DNA of 40,338 nt from UHGV virus genome UHGV-0319604; one strand, 5' to 3'. The notes below the pieces were generated by a model, which saw nothing but the letters and a program-made list of their open reading frames with translations, was not told the origin of the DNA and searched no databases. This DNA comes from a virus. Positions 25,132 through 35,527 of this stretch are shown piece by piece. A program made the position numbers and the translations under genes. The first letter of the stretch is position 1. Each line of letters opens with the position of its first letter.

Positions 25132-25615
25132 TTTCGAACAGCCGGAAGAACTGGTGTTTAACCGGGCGAGGATGCGACGGGCGTTCGTCAAACTCGGTCA
25201 GGTTCACATGCGCGATGCGCGGCGACTGGTGATGAAACGTGGCCGCTCGAAGCCAGGCGAAAACCCGTCGTACCGGACCGGCCAGCTGGCGCGTTCTATC
25301 GGCTATTACGTGCCCCGCGCATCCAAAAAACGTCCTGGGCTCATGGTGAAGATCGCGCCAAACCAGAAAAACGGTGAGGGCAACCGGCATATCAACGGTG
25401 CTTTTTATCCTGCCTTTCTGTTCTACGGTGTTCGCCGTGGTGCGAAGCGTAAGAAAGGCCATCACCGCGGCGCATCCGGCGGCAGCGGCTGGCGTGTGGC
25501 ACCGCGTAACAACTACATGACGGAGGTTCTGGATAAACGCCGCAGCTGGACACGTTACGTGCTTTCCCGCGAGCTGCGTAAATCCCTCCGACCTCAACGC
25601 AGGAAGAAAAAATGA
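25103..25615 (+). CDS. HK97 gp10-like neck protein, basic C-terminus
   Basis: ~170-aa ORF with very basic C-terminal tail; position in neck module. Confidence 0.45.
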   Translation: MSQKAFLHVDFEQPEELVFNRARMRRAFVKLGQVHMRDARRLVMKRGRSKPGENPSYRTGQLARSIGYYVPRASKKRPGLMVKIAPNQKNGEGNRHINGAFYPAFLFYGVRRGAKRKKGHHRGASGGSGWRVAPRNNYMTEVLDKRRSWTRYVLSRELRKSLRPQRRKKK

Positions 25616-26172
25616 AACTAACCCCGATTATTGCGGCACTTCGCAGCCGTTGTCCGCTGTTTGAAAACCGTGTGGGTGGTGCTGCGCAGTTTAAAGCGAT
25701 ACCTGAAGCCGGAAAGCTCAGGCTACCCGCTGCGTATGTTGTGCCAGCCGAAGACGTCACGGGTGAGCAGAAATCGCAGACGGACTACTGGCAGGATTTG
25801 ACGGAGGGTTTTTCCGTCATCGTGGTACTCAGTAACGAGCGGGATGAAAAAGGGCAGTGGGCATCGTATGACGCCGTCCATGATGTCCGGCAACTTGTCT
25901 GGAAAGCGCTGCTGGGCTGGGAACCGGACCCGGAGGCGCATGAAATTCAGTATGCCGGCGGGATGCTTCTCGATCTGAACCGCCACGAACTGTATTACCA
26001 GTTCGACTTCACGGTGAAGTATGAAATCACCGAAGAGGACACCCGCCAGCAGGATGATCTGGACGGTTTACCCGACCTTAAAACGCTCAGTATTGATGTT
26101 GATTTTATCGAACCCGGTAGCGGGCCAGACGGCAACATCGAGCACCACACCGAAATAACATTTCAGGAATAA
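25612..26172 (+). CDS. Neck / tail completion protein (putative)
   Basis: 186-aa acidic ORF immediately upstream of the sheath module; by position only. Confidence 0.4.
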   Translation: MKLTPIIAALRSRCPLFENRVGGAAQFKAIPEAGKLRLPAAYVVPAEDVTGEQKSQTDYWQDLTEGFSVIVVLSNERDEKGQWASYDAVHDVRQLVWKALLGWEPDPEAHEIQYAGGMLLDLNRHELYYQFDFTVKYEITEEDTRQQDDLDGLPDLKTLSIDVDFIEPGSGPDGNIEHHTEITFQE

Positions 26173-26175
26173 ATC

Positions 26176-26346
26176 ATGTTTGTGAAACCCGCGAAAGGGC
26201 GATCCGTTCCGGATCCGGCCCGGGGCGATGTATTGCCTGCAAAAGGGCGAAACGTCGAAGCGTCCGCGTACTGGTTCCGCCGGAAAGCTGCAGGCGAAAT
26301 CGAAGTAATTCAACAAAAAGGGGTTAAAGATGACCGTAAGCTTTAA
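26176..26346 (+). CDS. Possible small protein (56 aa) preceding the sheath gene
   Basis: ATG 26176 to TAA 26344-26346, overlapping the sheath start by 17 nt; below track cutoff. Confidence 0.3.
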   Translation: MFVKPAKGRSVPDPARGDVLPAKGRNVEASAYWFRRKAAGEIEVIQQKGVKDDRKL

Positions 26347-27844
26347 TTACATCCCGGCAGATAACCGGGTACCGCTGTTTTATGCAGAAATGGACAACAG
26401 CGCCGCAAACACCGCGCAGGATAGCGGCCCATCCCTGCTGATTGGCATGGCATTGTCCGACTCTGACATGCCTGTGAACCAGCTGGTCATCATGCCGTCC
26501 AAAGACCTGGCAAAAAAAATGGCAGGGCGCGGAAGCCAGCTGGCGCGCATGGTGGAAGCATACCGCCGCGTTGACCCGTTCGGTGAACTGTGGGTTATCG
26601 CTGTGCCTGACAACGGGCAGGCGGCAACCGGTACGATCACTTTCTCCGGCACCGCGACAGACGCCGGTTCGGTAAACCTTTATATCGGTACCACCCGCGT
26701 ACAGGTAACAGTCGCGGCAAATGACACGGGAGCAGATACCGCCCAGGCTTTGCTGGCTGCGATTAACGGCAATCCTGATTTGCCTGTCACGGCGCAATAT
26801 AAAGTGACGTCCGCCGGGCCTGACCAGGGCACGCTGGAGCTTACGGCCGTGAATGGTGGTGTGAGCGGAAACAGCATCCCGTTATCCCTCAATTATTACG
26901 GCACGGCCAGCGGGGAAGAAGTTCCAGCAGGGTTAAGTATTCAGATCGGCAAAATGAGTGGCGGGGCGGGCGACCCGGATTTAACCGGAACGATCGCCGC
27001 GATGGGGGATGAGCCGTTCGATTATATTGGCCTGCCATTCAGCGACAGCGCCTCGCTGCAGCTGATGGCGACGGAGATGAACGACAGCTCCGGTCGCTGG
27101 AGCTATATTCGCCAGCTATACGGTCATGTGTACACCGCCAGAACTGGCACACTGTCTGAGCTGGTGGCCTACGGTGATACGTTCAATTATCAGCACATCA
27201 CCATCGCGGGCTATGAACCAGATGTACAAACCGGAGTTGATGAGCTGGTGGCGTATCGTCTGGCGCGTCAGGCCGTATTCTTACGTAACGACCCGGCACG
27301 ACCGACGCAAACCGGAGAGCTGACAGGTGCACTCCCGGCACCCACCGGCAAGCGTTTTACCATCACAGAGCAGCAATCATTACTGATGCATGGTATTGCC
27401 ACGGCGTACACCGAATCCGGTATTTTGCGCATTCAGCGCGACATCACGACCTATAAAACCAACGCCTACGGTGTGGCAGATAACAGCTATCTGGACAGCG
27501 AAACGCTGCATACCAGCGCTTACGTTCTGCGTCGCCTGAAATCGGTGATCACCAGTAAATACGGCCGCCACAAACTGGCGAACGATGGTACCCGCTTTGG
27601 CCCAGGCCAGGCGATTGTTACGCCGTCTGTTATTCGTGGTGAACTGGGGGCGGTATACCGCCAGCTCGAGCGTGAGGGGATCGTGGAAAACTTTGATCTC
27701 TTCCAGCAATACCTGATTGTCGAGCGCAACGCATCAGACCCGAATCGTCTGGATGTCCTGTTCCCGCCTGATTACGTCAACCAGCTGCGTGTGTTTGCTG
27801 TGCTTAACCAGTTCCGTCTGCAATACAACGAGGAGGCCGCATAA
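26330..27844 (+). CDS. Tail sheath protein (Mu-like contractile tail)
   Basis: 504-aa ORF directly followed by a ~118-aa tube gene, chaperone and tape measure; size and order typical of Mu-type sheath. Confidence 0.75.
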   Translation: MTVSFNYIPADNRVPLFYAEMDNSAANTAQDSGPSLLIGMALSDSDMPVNQLVIMPSKDLAKKMAGRGSQLARMVEAYRRVDPFGELWVIAVPDNGQAATGTITFSGTATDAGSVNLYIGTTRVQVTVAANDTGADTAQALLAAINGNPDLPVTAQYKVTSAGPDQGTLELTAVNGGVSGNSIPLSLNYYGTASGEEVPAGLSIQIGKMSGGAGDPDLTGTIAAMGDEPFDYIGLPFSDSASLQLMATEMNDSSGRWSYIRQLYGHVYTARTGTLSELVAYGDTFNYQHITIAGYEPDVQTGVDELVAYRLARQAVFLRNDPARPTQTGELTGALPAPTGKRFTITEQQSLLMHGIATAYTESGILRIQRDITTYKTNAYGVADNSYLDSETLHTSAYVLRRLKSVITSKYGRHKLANDGTRFGPGQAIVTPSVIRGELGAVYRQLEREGIVENFDLFQQYLIVERNASDPNRLDVLFPPDYVNQLRVFAVLNQFRLQYNEEAA

Positions 27845-28200
27845 TGGCAAAGATTGCGGGTACCACTTATTTCAAAATCGACGGGCAGCAGCTGTCCATC
27901 ACTGGCGGCATTGAAGTGCCGATGAACACCCGTGTTCGTGATGACGTGATCGGCCTTGCCGGTGATGTCGATTACAAGGAAACGCACCGGGCACCCTATA
28001 CGAAGGTCACAGCAAAGGTGCCCAAAAACTTCCCGGTGAACAAAATCACCACCGCCGACACCATGACCATCACCTCTGAACTGGCGAACGGTCAGGTTTA
28101 TGTCCTTTCAAACGCCTGGCTGCATGGTGAGGCAAACCATAATCCCGAAGAGGGCACGGTGGATCTGGAATTCCACGGTGAAGAAGGATTTTATCAATGA
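27844..28200 (+). CDS. Tail tube protein
   Basis: 118-aa ORF overlapping the sheath stop (TAATG); between sheath and chaperone. Confidence 0.65.
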   Translation: MAKIAGTTYFKIDGQQLSITGGIEVPMNTRVRDDVIGLAGDVDYKETHRAPYTKVTAKVPKNFPVNKITTADTMTITSELANGQVYVLSNAWLHGEANHNPEEGTVDLEFHGEEGFYQ

Positions 28201-28523
28201 CAAAAGAACTGGCCCTGAAAAAGCCTATTCTGGCGCATAACGAAAAGTTGCATGTGCTGGAGCTGCGCGAACCGACTTACGACGAAATTGAGGCGATTGG
28301 CTTTCCTTTTACCGTATCCGGTGACGGTGGGGTGAAGCTGGATAGTGCTGTTGCGTTGAAGTATATCCCGGTGCTGGCGGGGATCCCCCGGTCATCAGCA
28401 GCGCAGCTGGCAAAGCTGGATATCTTCAAAGCCTGCATGCTGATCCTGAATTTTTTTACCCAATCGGAGACGGATCCAACCTCAGACGACGATTCTACAA
28501 CGTCGCCTGGTTCTGGAAATTAA
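28197..28523 (+). CDS. Tail assembly chaperone (G-like)
   Basis: 108-aa acidic ORF immediately upstream of the tape measure gene; contains a T7 slippery run near its 3' end. Confidence 0.6.
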   Translation: MTKELALKKPILAHNEKLHVLELREPTYDEIEAIGFPFTVSGDGGVKLDSAVALKYIPVLAGIPRSSAAQLAKLDIFKACMLILNFFTQSETDPTSDDDSTTSPGSGN

Positions 28524-28615
28524 ACCCCCTTGAGCTACGGCGGACGGCCATATCTGACTTCCTGGAGCTGGAAGCGGAGGCCGTCCGCATTAACGAGGAA
28601 GTAAAGCATGGCTGA
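28451..28615 (+). other. Predicted -1 programmed frameshift site (TTTTTTT at 28451-28457) and -1-frame extension giving a G-T-like chaperone fusion
   Basis: 0-frame reads aat ttt ttt acc (N F F T); the -1 frame is open from the slip site to TGA at 28613-28615 (...FFYPIGDGSNLRRRFYNVAWFWKLNPLELRRTAISDFLELEAEAVRINEEVKHG), ending just after the tape measure start. Confidence 0.5.
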
Positions 28616-30584
28616 CAGTTTCCAGTTAAAGGCAATCATCACCGCCGTTGACCAGCTGACCGGGCCGATGAAGGGAATGCAGCGTGAGCTTAAGGGCTTC
28701 CAGAAGGAGATGGGCAGTCTTGCGCTGGGGGCGGCAGCCGCAGGAACTGCCATCCTCGGTGCGCTGGCGCTGCCCATTAATTCTGCGATCGGGTTTGAGT
28801 CAAAAATGGCCGACATCCGAAAGGTAGTTGACGGCCTCGATGATAAAAAAGCGTTTGCGCAGATGAGTGACGATATCCTGACGCTGTCCACGCAGTTACC
28901 GATGGCGGCGGAGGGGATCGCAGAGATTGTGGCGGCAGGCGGCCAGGCGGGGATCGCGCGTAGTGATCTGATGCAGTTCGCCAACGACGCCGTAAAAATG
29001 GGTGTCGCGTTTGACACCACAGCTGAAGAGTCCGGCCAGATGATGGCGCAGTGGCGAACGGCGTTCAAACTGACACAGGATGACGTGGTTGTTCTCGCTG
29101 ACAAGATCAACTATCTGGGGAATACCGGCCCGGCCAACGCGAAGAAAATATCTGAAATCGTCACCCGTATCGGTCCGCTGGGCAGCGTTGCGGGTGTTGC
29201 TTCGGGTGAAATTGCCGCCATGGGGGCCACGATCGCCGGGATGGGGGTAGAATCAGAAATAGCCTCAACCGGTATCAAAAACTTCATGCTGTCGCTTACC
29301 GCTGGAAAATCTGCGACAAAGTCTCAGAAGGAAGCATTAAGAGCCCTTCGGATAAACCCTTCTAAATTAGCTGCTGAAATGCAAAAAGACTCTAAAACCG
29401 CGATCCTCAAGGTTTTAGACTCTCTTTCAAAACTGTCAGCAACTGACAGACCTCAGATATTGACTCAGCTTTTCGGTAAAGAGTCGATAGGGGCTATCGC
29501 ACCGTTGCTGACCAACATGGATCTATTACGCACCAACTTTGAGCGCGTGGCAAATGCCCAGGAATACGGCGGCTCGATGCAGAAGGAATACGCATCCCGT
29601 GCGGCTACAACCGAAAACCAGCTGGTACTGCTGAAAAACAGCGTGAATGCGATTTCGGTGACGCTGGGGGACACTTTCCTGCCCGCCATTAACGAAGCTG
29701 CAGAAGCGGTCATGCCTTACCTGGAGCAGCTCAGAACTTTCGTTCGCGCGAATCCTGAACTGGTACAGACTGCGGCAAAATTTGGTGCGGCGCTGCTGGG
29801 CGTTGGCGTTTCTATCGGCGTGTTATCCCGTGCGATAAAAGTTCTGAATACGGTAATCAATCTGTCACCGGCCAAAGTTGCGATCGCAGCGCTGGCGGCT
29901 GGCGCCATGCTGATCATCCAGAACTGGGATGACGTTGCACCGGTAATAAAAGCTGCGTGGGTTGAGGTGGATAAGGTGGCTCAGGCATTTGGCGGATGGG
30001 AAACCGTACTGGGTGGCGTGGGCTTATATATGACAGGGGCGTTTACAGTTAAAACGATCGGTACCCTGCGCTCAGCGCTGACCCTGGCGACGCAGCTTTC
30101 CGGCGTTCTGGGGAAAATCGCCATGCTGGGAGCAACAACAGTACAGATTGCTGTTGCTATCTACATGTTTGAACAGCTGAAAGAGATAGCCGATGCGGCA
30201 AAGGAAGCGGATCAAACAGATTCATTCTGGGAGTCTCTTAAAAACCGCTGGAATTCTGGTGGCTGGTATAACAACCAGCAAAACCGCGAAATGGTAAAGC
30301 AGGATACAGCAGAGAATTTTCAGCTTCCTGAACCATTGAAAGCATCGATGTATGAGCCTGCAGTACCTTTGGTTCAACCTGTGCGGGTCAGTCCTCCTTC
30401 TTTAGAGTTGGGTAAGCAGCCAGTACTTGAGCGTGCTACCTCTCCGGTTACACAGCGCGGGGAGCTTAAAGTGACTTTCGATAACGCCCCTCCGGGAATG
30501 CGCGTGCAGGAGATCCCGAAAAGCGGTGACCCACTGATGAACATAACCCATGATGTGGGGTATTCTCCTTTCAGGAATAAATAA
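28608..30584 (+). CDS. Tail tape measure protein
   Basis: 658-aa ORF, Ala/Gly-rich helical with hydrophobic central segments; canonical position after the chaperone. Confidence 0.85.
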   Translation: MADSFQLKAIITAVDQLTGPMKGMQRELKGFQKEMGSLALGAAAAGTAILGALALPINSAIGFESKMADIRKVVDGLDDKKAFAQMSDDILTLSTQLPMAAEGIAEIVAAGGQAGIARSDLMQFANDAVKMGVAFDTTAEESGQMMAQWRTAFKLTQDDVVVLADKINYLGNTGPANAKKISEIVTRIGPLGSVAGVASGEIAAMGATIAGMGVESEIASTGIKNFMLSLTAGKSATKSQKEALRALRINPSKLAAEMQKDSKTAILKVLDSLSKLSATDRPQILTQLFGKESIGAIAPLLTNMDLLRTNFERVANAQEYGGSMQKEYASRAATTENQLVLLKNSVNAISVTLGDTFLPAINEAAEAVMPYLEQLRTFVRANPELVQTAAKFGAALLGVGVSIGVLSRAIKVLNTVINLSPAKVAIAALAAGAMLIIQNWDDVAPVIKAAWVEVDKVAQAFGGWETVLGGVGLYMTGAFTVKTIGTLRSALTLATQLSGVLGKIAMLGATTVQIAVAIYMFEQLKEIADAAKEADQTDSFWESLKNRWNSGGWYNNQQNREMVKQDTAENFQLPEPLKASMYEPAVPLVQPVRVSPPSLELGKQPVLERATSPVTQRGELKVTFDNAPPGMRVQEIPKSGDPLMNITHDVGYSPFRNK

Positions 30585-30600
30585 CATCTGGAGATGGAGT

Positions 30601-31053
30601 ATGAATAAAACATTGGTTGCTGCTTGTGTGATGGTTTTGTCTTTTCCTGTATTCGCAAAAAAATCACCTACAGCGGATTTCGTCAATGAAATTGAAACAG
30701 CAATAAACTCAACAGGAGAAGTCTCTACCTCTCTGGATATTACTTGTCCTGCACAATCTGCGAGCGGGCGGGTTTTGGTCACTCATGCCGATTATACTTA
30801 TGGATTGAGTAAGGGAGTCTTTGTCTTCAAAAACACAGATGATATTCCTGCAGAAATGAAAAGTATTATTCCCATCCATCCAAACAACGACATTACGTCG
30901 GATGTCATAAGCGGGTGGGATTTTGGTTTTATAATTCGCGGTGGTCAATTTTTCGTAACGGTTATGAAAAATGGTGTCGTGAAAGCAGGGATAAATAAAA
31001 ACGGCACAACCGGTGTTACGGAAATCAAATGTAAAGTGACAAAACCGCAGTAA
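30601..31053 (+). CDS. Secreted small protein (signal peptide, two Cys), AT-rich moron
   Basis: MNKTLVAACVMVLSFPVFA|KKSP signal peptide; low GC relative to flanks; own terminator downstream; inserted between tape measure and DNA-circulation genes. Confidence 0.5.
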   Translation: MNKTLVAACVMVLSFPVFAKKSPTADFVNEIETAINSTGEVSTSLDITCPAQSASGRVLVTHADYTYGLSKGVFVFKNTDDIPAEMKSIIPIHPNNDITSDVISGWDFGFIIRGGQFFVTVMKNGVVKAGINKNGTTGVTEIKCKVTKPQ

Positions 31054-31076
31054 TCGCTTTATCGACTACATAGAAG

Positions 31077-31100
31077 CCCGCTTAATGCGGGTTTTCTTTT
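31077..31100 (+). terminator. Rho-independent terminator after the secreted-protein moron
   Basis: cccgc-ttaat-gcggg hairpin followed by ttttctttt. Confidence 0.6.
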
Positions 31101-31109
31101 GGGGGCAAT

Positions 31110-32453
31110 ATGGCTTTTTTTTCTTCAACTGACTGGCGCGACAGGCTGCGTGATGCGTCGTTTCGTGGGGTACCTTTTTCAGTGGAGGATGATGAAGGCA
31201 CCTTTGGCCGCCGTGTCCAGGTGCATGAGTATCCAAACCGCGATAAACCCTTTACGGAGGATTTAGGCCGGGCCACGCGGAGAATGACGATCAACGCCTA
31301 CTTAATCGGGGATGATTATGCCGATAAGCGCGATCGTCTAATTGGTGCTGTTGAAACGGCCGGTCCGGGTACGCTTGTTCACCCCCAGTACGGGGAAATG
31401 CAGGGCAGTATCGACGGGCAGGTGAGAGTTACGCACAGCAATGCTGAGGGGCGTATGTGCCGCGTCTCTTTCCAGTTCGTGGAAAGCGGCGAACTGTCAT
31501 TCCCGGTGGCAGGTATGGCGACGGCGCAGCGGCTGAAACAATCCGGCGGCCTGTTTGATGATGCGATTGAAAGCATGTTCTCTGCGTTTTCGCTCTCCGG
31601 CATTGCTGACTTCATCCAGAATGATGTGCTGGCGGACGCGGCCGCGATGCTCGGCGATGTTGCCGACGCATTCCGGATGGTTGATTCCGGCGTCTCAGCG
31701 GCGATGCGTCTGCTGCAGGGCGATCTGTCGGTCATTCTTATGCCGCCAAGCGCGGCCAGTGATTTTGTGCGTGAGCTGCAAAAGGCGTGGCGCGCGGGCG
31801 ATCGGCTTACGGGCGATACGTCAGACCTTGTAACGATGATTAAAACGATGTCAGGCGTGACGCTTGATCCGGGGCTGGCGCCACGGGGAACCTGGCCGAC
31901 AGATTCCGGCTCTGTTGAGGTGCAAAAGGCCAGGAGTAATATGATTGCCGCGGTCATCAGATCTTCGGCAATCAGTACCGCGTCACAGGCGGTGTCCACG
32001 CTGGCGCAGCCCAAAACCATCGCGGCGCCGCAGGGGCAGGCTGGCAAGATTACTGGCGGCGCGGCCAGCAATGACATTATTAATATCTCTCATCCTGCGC
32101 TCGACGGCTCCGGTACCACAGTTGCGCCGGAAGACCCGCCGACGTGGGACGAATTAACCGAAATCCGCAGCGCACTGAATGCAGCCATCGACCAGGAGCA
32201 GCTGCGAATTACCGATGACGGAATTTTCCAGCAAATAACGGTACTGAGAACGGACCTCAACCGGGATATTTCCGCCCGACTTGCGCAGGTGGAAATCACT
32301 GCAGAGCGAACTCCTCCTGATGTGCTGCCAGCACTGGTGCTGGCGGCTAACTGGTATGACGATGCGGATCGGGAAAAAGATATTCTTTCGCGAAATCTGG
32401 TTCGTCATCCCGGGTTCGTTCCGGTTAAACCTCTGAGGGTGCCCGTGAGATGA
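31110..32453 (+). CDS. DNA circulation protein (Mu gpN-like)
   Basis: 447-aa ORF after the tape measure; N-terminal FRGVPFSVEDDEGTFGRRVQVHEYP typical of Mu N-type proteins. Confidence 0.7.
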   Translation: MAFFSSTDWRDRLRDASFRGVPFSVEDDEGTFGRRVQVHEYPNRDKPFTEDLGRATRRMTINAYLIGDDYADKRDRLIGAVETAGPGTLVHPQYGEMQGSIDGQVRVTHSNAEGRMCRVSFQFVESGELSFPVAGMATAQRLKQSGGLFDDAIESMFSAFSLSGIADFIQNDVLADAAAMLGDVADAFRMVDSGVSAAMRLLQGDLSVILMPPSAASDFVRELQKAWRAGDRLTGDTSDLVTMIKTMSGVTLDPGLAPRGTWPTDSGSVEVQKARSNMIAAVIRSSAISTASQAVSTLAQPKTIAAPQGQAGKITGGAASNDIINISHPALDGSGTTVAPEDPPTWDELTEIRSALNAAIDQEQLRITDDGIFQQITVLRTDLNRDISARLAQVEITAERTPPDVLPALVLAANWYDDADREKDILSRNLVRHPGFVPVKPLRVPVR

Positions 32454-33505
32454 ACAATACTGTTTTTTTACGTGTAAACGGCCGCGAGTGGGGCGGCTGG
32501 ACATCATCCCGAATCAGTGCTGGCATTGATCGCATAGCCCGTGATTTTAATGTTTCGATTACCCGGCAATGGCCTGGCAATGATGGTGTGCCTCAGATTA
32601 AAAATGGCGATCTCGTTGAAGTGACGATCGGGGATGACCTGGTCATTACCGGCTGGGTTGAAGCATTGCCGCTGCGCTACGATGCCGCGGCCATCACCAT
32701 GGGGATAGTGGGACGCAGCAAAACGGCAGATCTTATTGATTGCTCAGCTGCGCCAGCACAGCACAACGGAAAAAATCTGTTCCGCATAGCCAGTGCGCTG
32801 GCTAAACCGTTCGGCATTGACGTGGTTGATGCTGGTGCGCCTGCTACCGCCGTCATTGACGCGCAGCCGGAACACGGTGAAACGGTGGTGGACTGCCTTA
32901 ATCGTCTGCTGGGCCAGGTGCAGGCGCTGGCCTACGATGATGCGCAGGGGAGGCTGGTACTTGGAAAGCCGGGAAGCGAGAAAGCGGCCACGGCGCTGGT
33001 GCTGGGGGAAAATATTCTTTCATGCGATACAGAGCGCAGCGTCCGCGAACGCTTTTCAAGTTATCAGGTTACCGGCCAGCGCCCTGGTACCGATGATGAT
33101 TTCGGAGAAGCGACGATCGCCGCTATCCGGCAGAGCACGACTGATTCCGGCGTGACGCGCTACCGCCCGCACACCATGCAGCAGTCCGGCACGGCGACGA
33201 CCGACAGCTGCAAAGCACGGTGTGAATTTGAGGCCAGACAACGTGCTGCAAAAACCCGCGAAACCACATACACCGTTCAGGGCTGGCGGCAGGGTAACGG
33301 CGAACTGTGGCGGCCAAATCTCTCTGTCATTGTTTACGACCCGTTGAACGGATTCGATAACGAGCAGCTGGTGATCGCCGAGGTGACATACAACCAGGAC
33401 AACAACGGCACAATAGCTGAAATCCGCGTCGGGCCAGCTGATGCATACCTGCCGGAACCGACAGCACCGAAAAAGAAAAAGACATCGGGAGGCACAGAAT
33501 TCTGA
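32450..33505 (+). CDS. Tail/baseplate protein (Mu gpP-like)
   Basis: 351-aa ORF, overlapping stops/starts; canonical Mu-type order. Confidence 0.65.
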   Translation: MNNTVFLRVNGREWGGWTSSRISAGIDRIARDFNVSITRQWPGNDGVPQIKNGDLVEVTIGDDLVITGWVEALPLRYDAAAITMGIVGRSKTADLIDCSAAPAQHNGKNLFRIASALAKPFGIDVVDAGAPATAVIDAQPEHGETVVDCLNRLLGQVQALAYDDAQGRLVLGKPGSEKAATALVLGENILSCDTERSVRERFSSYQVTGQRPGTDDDFGEATIAAIRQSTTDSGVTRYRPHTMQQSGTATTDSCKARCEFEARQRAAKTRETTYTVQGWRQGNGELWRPNLSVIVYDPLNGFDNEQLVIAEVTYNQDNNGTIAEIRVGPADAYLPEPTAPKKKKTSGGTEF

Positions 33506-34038
33506 TGGCTGGATCTTCTCTTCAGAATATTGTCACGCGCGCTGTTATCACCGCGCTCGATACCGCAAAAAAATGCCAGGCCGCAGGGCTGAAGCTGATC
33601 GCCGGTGAACAAAAAGAAAACGTGGAGCACCTTGAACCGTATGGTTTTACGTCCGCAGCGCAGAACGGTGCAGAGGCTGTGATGCTGTTCCCTGGTGGCG
33701 ATCGCTCGCACGGTGTTGCCGTGGTGGTTGCTGACCGCCGGTACCGTCTGAAAGGTCTGGCGCGCGGTGAAGTGGCCGTTTATGACGACCAGGGGCAGTC
33801 TGTCACCCTGACACGCTCCGGAATTGTCGTTAATGGCGGCGGTAAGCCAATTATTTTCACCAATGCCCCAAAAGCCCGTTTCGAAATGGATATCGAGGCC
33901 ACCGGACAAATTAAAGATCTCTGCGATGGCGCAGGCAAAACGATGTCTGCAATGCGCACGACATACAACGGCCACACCCACAAAGAAAACGGTGACGGCG
34001 GCGGTACGACGGATAAACCCAACCAACCGATGAGTTAA
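33505..34038 (+). CDS. Baseplate assembly protein V / spike (Mu gp45-like)
   Basis: 177-aa ORF, Gly-rich C-terminus (NGDGGGTTDKPNQP); position. Confidence 0.7.
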   Translation: MAGSSLQNIVTRAVITALDTAKKCQAAGLKLIAGEQKENVEHLEPYGFTSAAQNGAEAVMLFPGGDRSHGVAVVVADRRYRLKGLARGEVAVYDDQGQSVTLTRSGIVVNGGGKPIIFTNAPKARFEMDIEATGQIKDLCDGAGKTMSAMRTTYNGHTHKENGDGGGTTDKPNQPMS

Positions 34039-34041
34039 ATC

Positions 34042-34455
34042 ATGATCCTCTATGTTAACGGGCTTCTGAAGGAGTCCACGGATCCGCTCGACCTTTTGAC
34101 GCGTTCTGTCGTGATCTCTCTTTTTTCCTGGCGGCGTGCCGAAAGTGACGACCGGACACCAGAACCTTATGGCTGGTGGGGCGATACCTGGCCGACGGTA
34201 CAGAACGACCGGATCGGCTCCCGTCTGTACCTGCTGAAACGCCGGAAACTCACCAACAAAACACCACAGGATGCCCGCGAGTACATGCAGCAGGCGCTGG
34301 CATGGATGACCGAGGACGGTGTGGCCGCGCGGGTTGAGGTAACTGCAGAACGAACGGGAATAGACGTGCTGGCGGCCGGGGTAACGATTTACCAGCGCGA
34401 CGGCACTATTCACAACATTACTTTTGACGACATCTGGAGTGAACTCAATGGCTGA
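34042..34455 (+). CDS. Baseplate protein (gp46-like)
   Basis: 137-aa ORF between the V-like and J-like genes. Confidence 0.6.
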   Translation: MILYVNGLLKESTDPLDLLTRSVVISLFSWRRAESDDRTPEPYGWWGDTWPTVQNDRIGSRLYLLKRRKLTNKTPQDAREYMQQALAWMTEDGVAARVEVTAERTGIDVLAAGVTIYQRDGTIHNITFDDIWSELNG

Positions 34456-35527
34456 CAGTCAATTTTCACGGCCTGAACTCCCGCAACTGATCGCCACCAT
34501 TCGCAGTGATTTGCTGACGCGCTTCCAGGAGGATGTGTTACTGCGCAGGATGGATGCAGAGGTTTACGCGCGGGCGCAGGCTGCTGCAGTTCATACCCTA
34601 TATGGCTATATCGATTATCTGGCACGCAACATGCTGCCTGATTTGTGCGATGAGGACTGGTTATACCGGCACGGCAGAATCAAGCGCTGCCCGCGCAAGG
34701 ATGCTGTGGCCGCGACAGGGTTTGTGCGATGGGATGGGCTAAGCGGTACCCCAACGCTGCCTGCCGGTACACAGGTGCAGCGTGATGACCAGGTGACCTT
34801 TACTACCACCCAGACCGTCAAAGCGTCCGGTGGCGTGTTGCGTGTGCCGGTGGTGGCCGATAACGCCGGGGCGGCAGGCAATACCGATGATGGTGTTGCG
34901 TTGCGTCTGGGTACGCCAGTCAGCGGCATCCCGTCAACCGGATACGCTGACACCGTGAACGGCGGTGATGATGTGGAGGAGCTGGAGACCTGGCGCGCCC
35001 GCGTTATGGAGCGCTACTACTGGATACCGCAGGGTGGTGCTGACTCAGATTATATCATCTGGGCGAAAGAGATCGCCGGTATTACCAGAGCCTGGACGCT
35101 GCGCCACTACAGCGGCATTGGTACCGTTGGCGTGATGGTGGCAACCAGTGACCCGACCCATCCCGCCCCGGGTGATGACCTTGTTCAGGCCGTCCGCGAT
35201 CATATTCTTCCGCTGGCGCCAGTGGCCGGGGCCGGATTGACGGTGTTCGCCGCCAGCGAAAAGGTTATCCCGATGACCATAGCTCTGGCAAAAGATACTC
35301 CCGAAATTCGTGCGGCCGTCACGGCGGAACTTAATTCCCTGATGCTGAGGGATGGGGTGCCATCCGGAAAAGTGTACCTGTCCCGCATCAGCGAGGCGAT
35401 CAGCCTGGCAACGGGTGAAGTCGCGCACCAGTTACGTGCGCCGGTGACAGATGTTGCGCTGGGCGAAACAGAATTACCCGTTGTCGGGACCATTACCTGG
35501 GCGACGTATACGGGGGTAAGCAGCTGA
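34448..35527 (+). CDS. Baseplate J-like protein (Mu gp47-like)
   Basis: ~360-aa ORF; canonical position and size. Confidence 0.75.
   Translation: MADSQFSRPELPQLIATIRSDLLTRFQEDVLLRRMDAEVYARAQAAAVHTLYGYIDYLARNMLPDLCDEDWLYRHGRIKRCPRKDAVAATGFVRWDGLSGTPTLPAGTQVQRDDQVTFTTTQTVKASGGVLRVPVVADNAGAAGNTDDGVALRLGTPVSGIPSTGYADTVNGGDDVEELETWRARVMERYYWIPQGGADSDYIIWAKEIAGITRAWTLRHYSGIGTVGVMVATSDPTHPAPGDDLVQAVRDHILPLAPVAGAGLTVFAASEKVIPMTIALAKDTPEIRAAVTAELNSLMLRDGVPSGKVYLSRISEAISLATGEVAHQLRAPVTDVALGETELPVVGTITWATYTGVSS

Noticed and set aside
29281-29500. Lower-GC stretch inside the tape measure gene as a possible insertion
   Set aside because: The reading frame is continuous and the translated sequence remains tape-measure-like (helical, Ala/Lys/Ser-rich); more likely normal variation within the gene.
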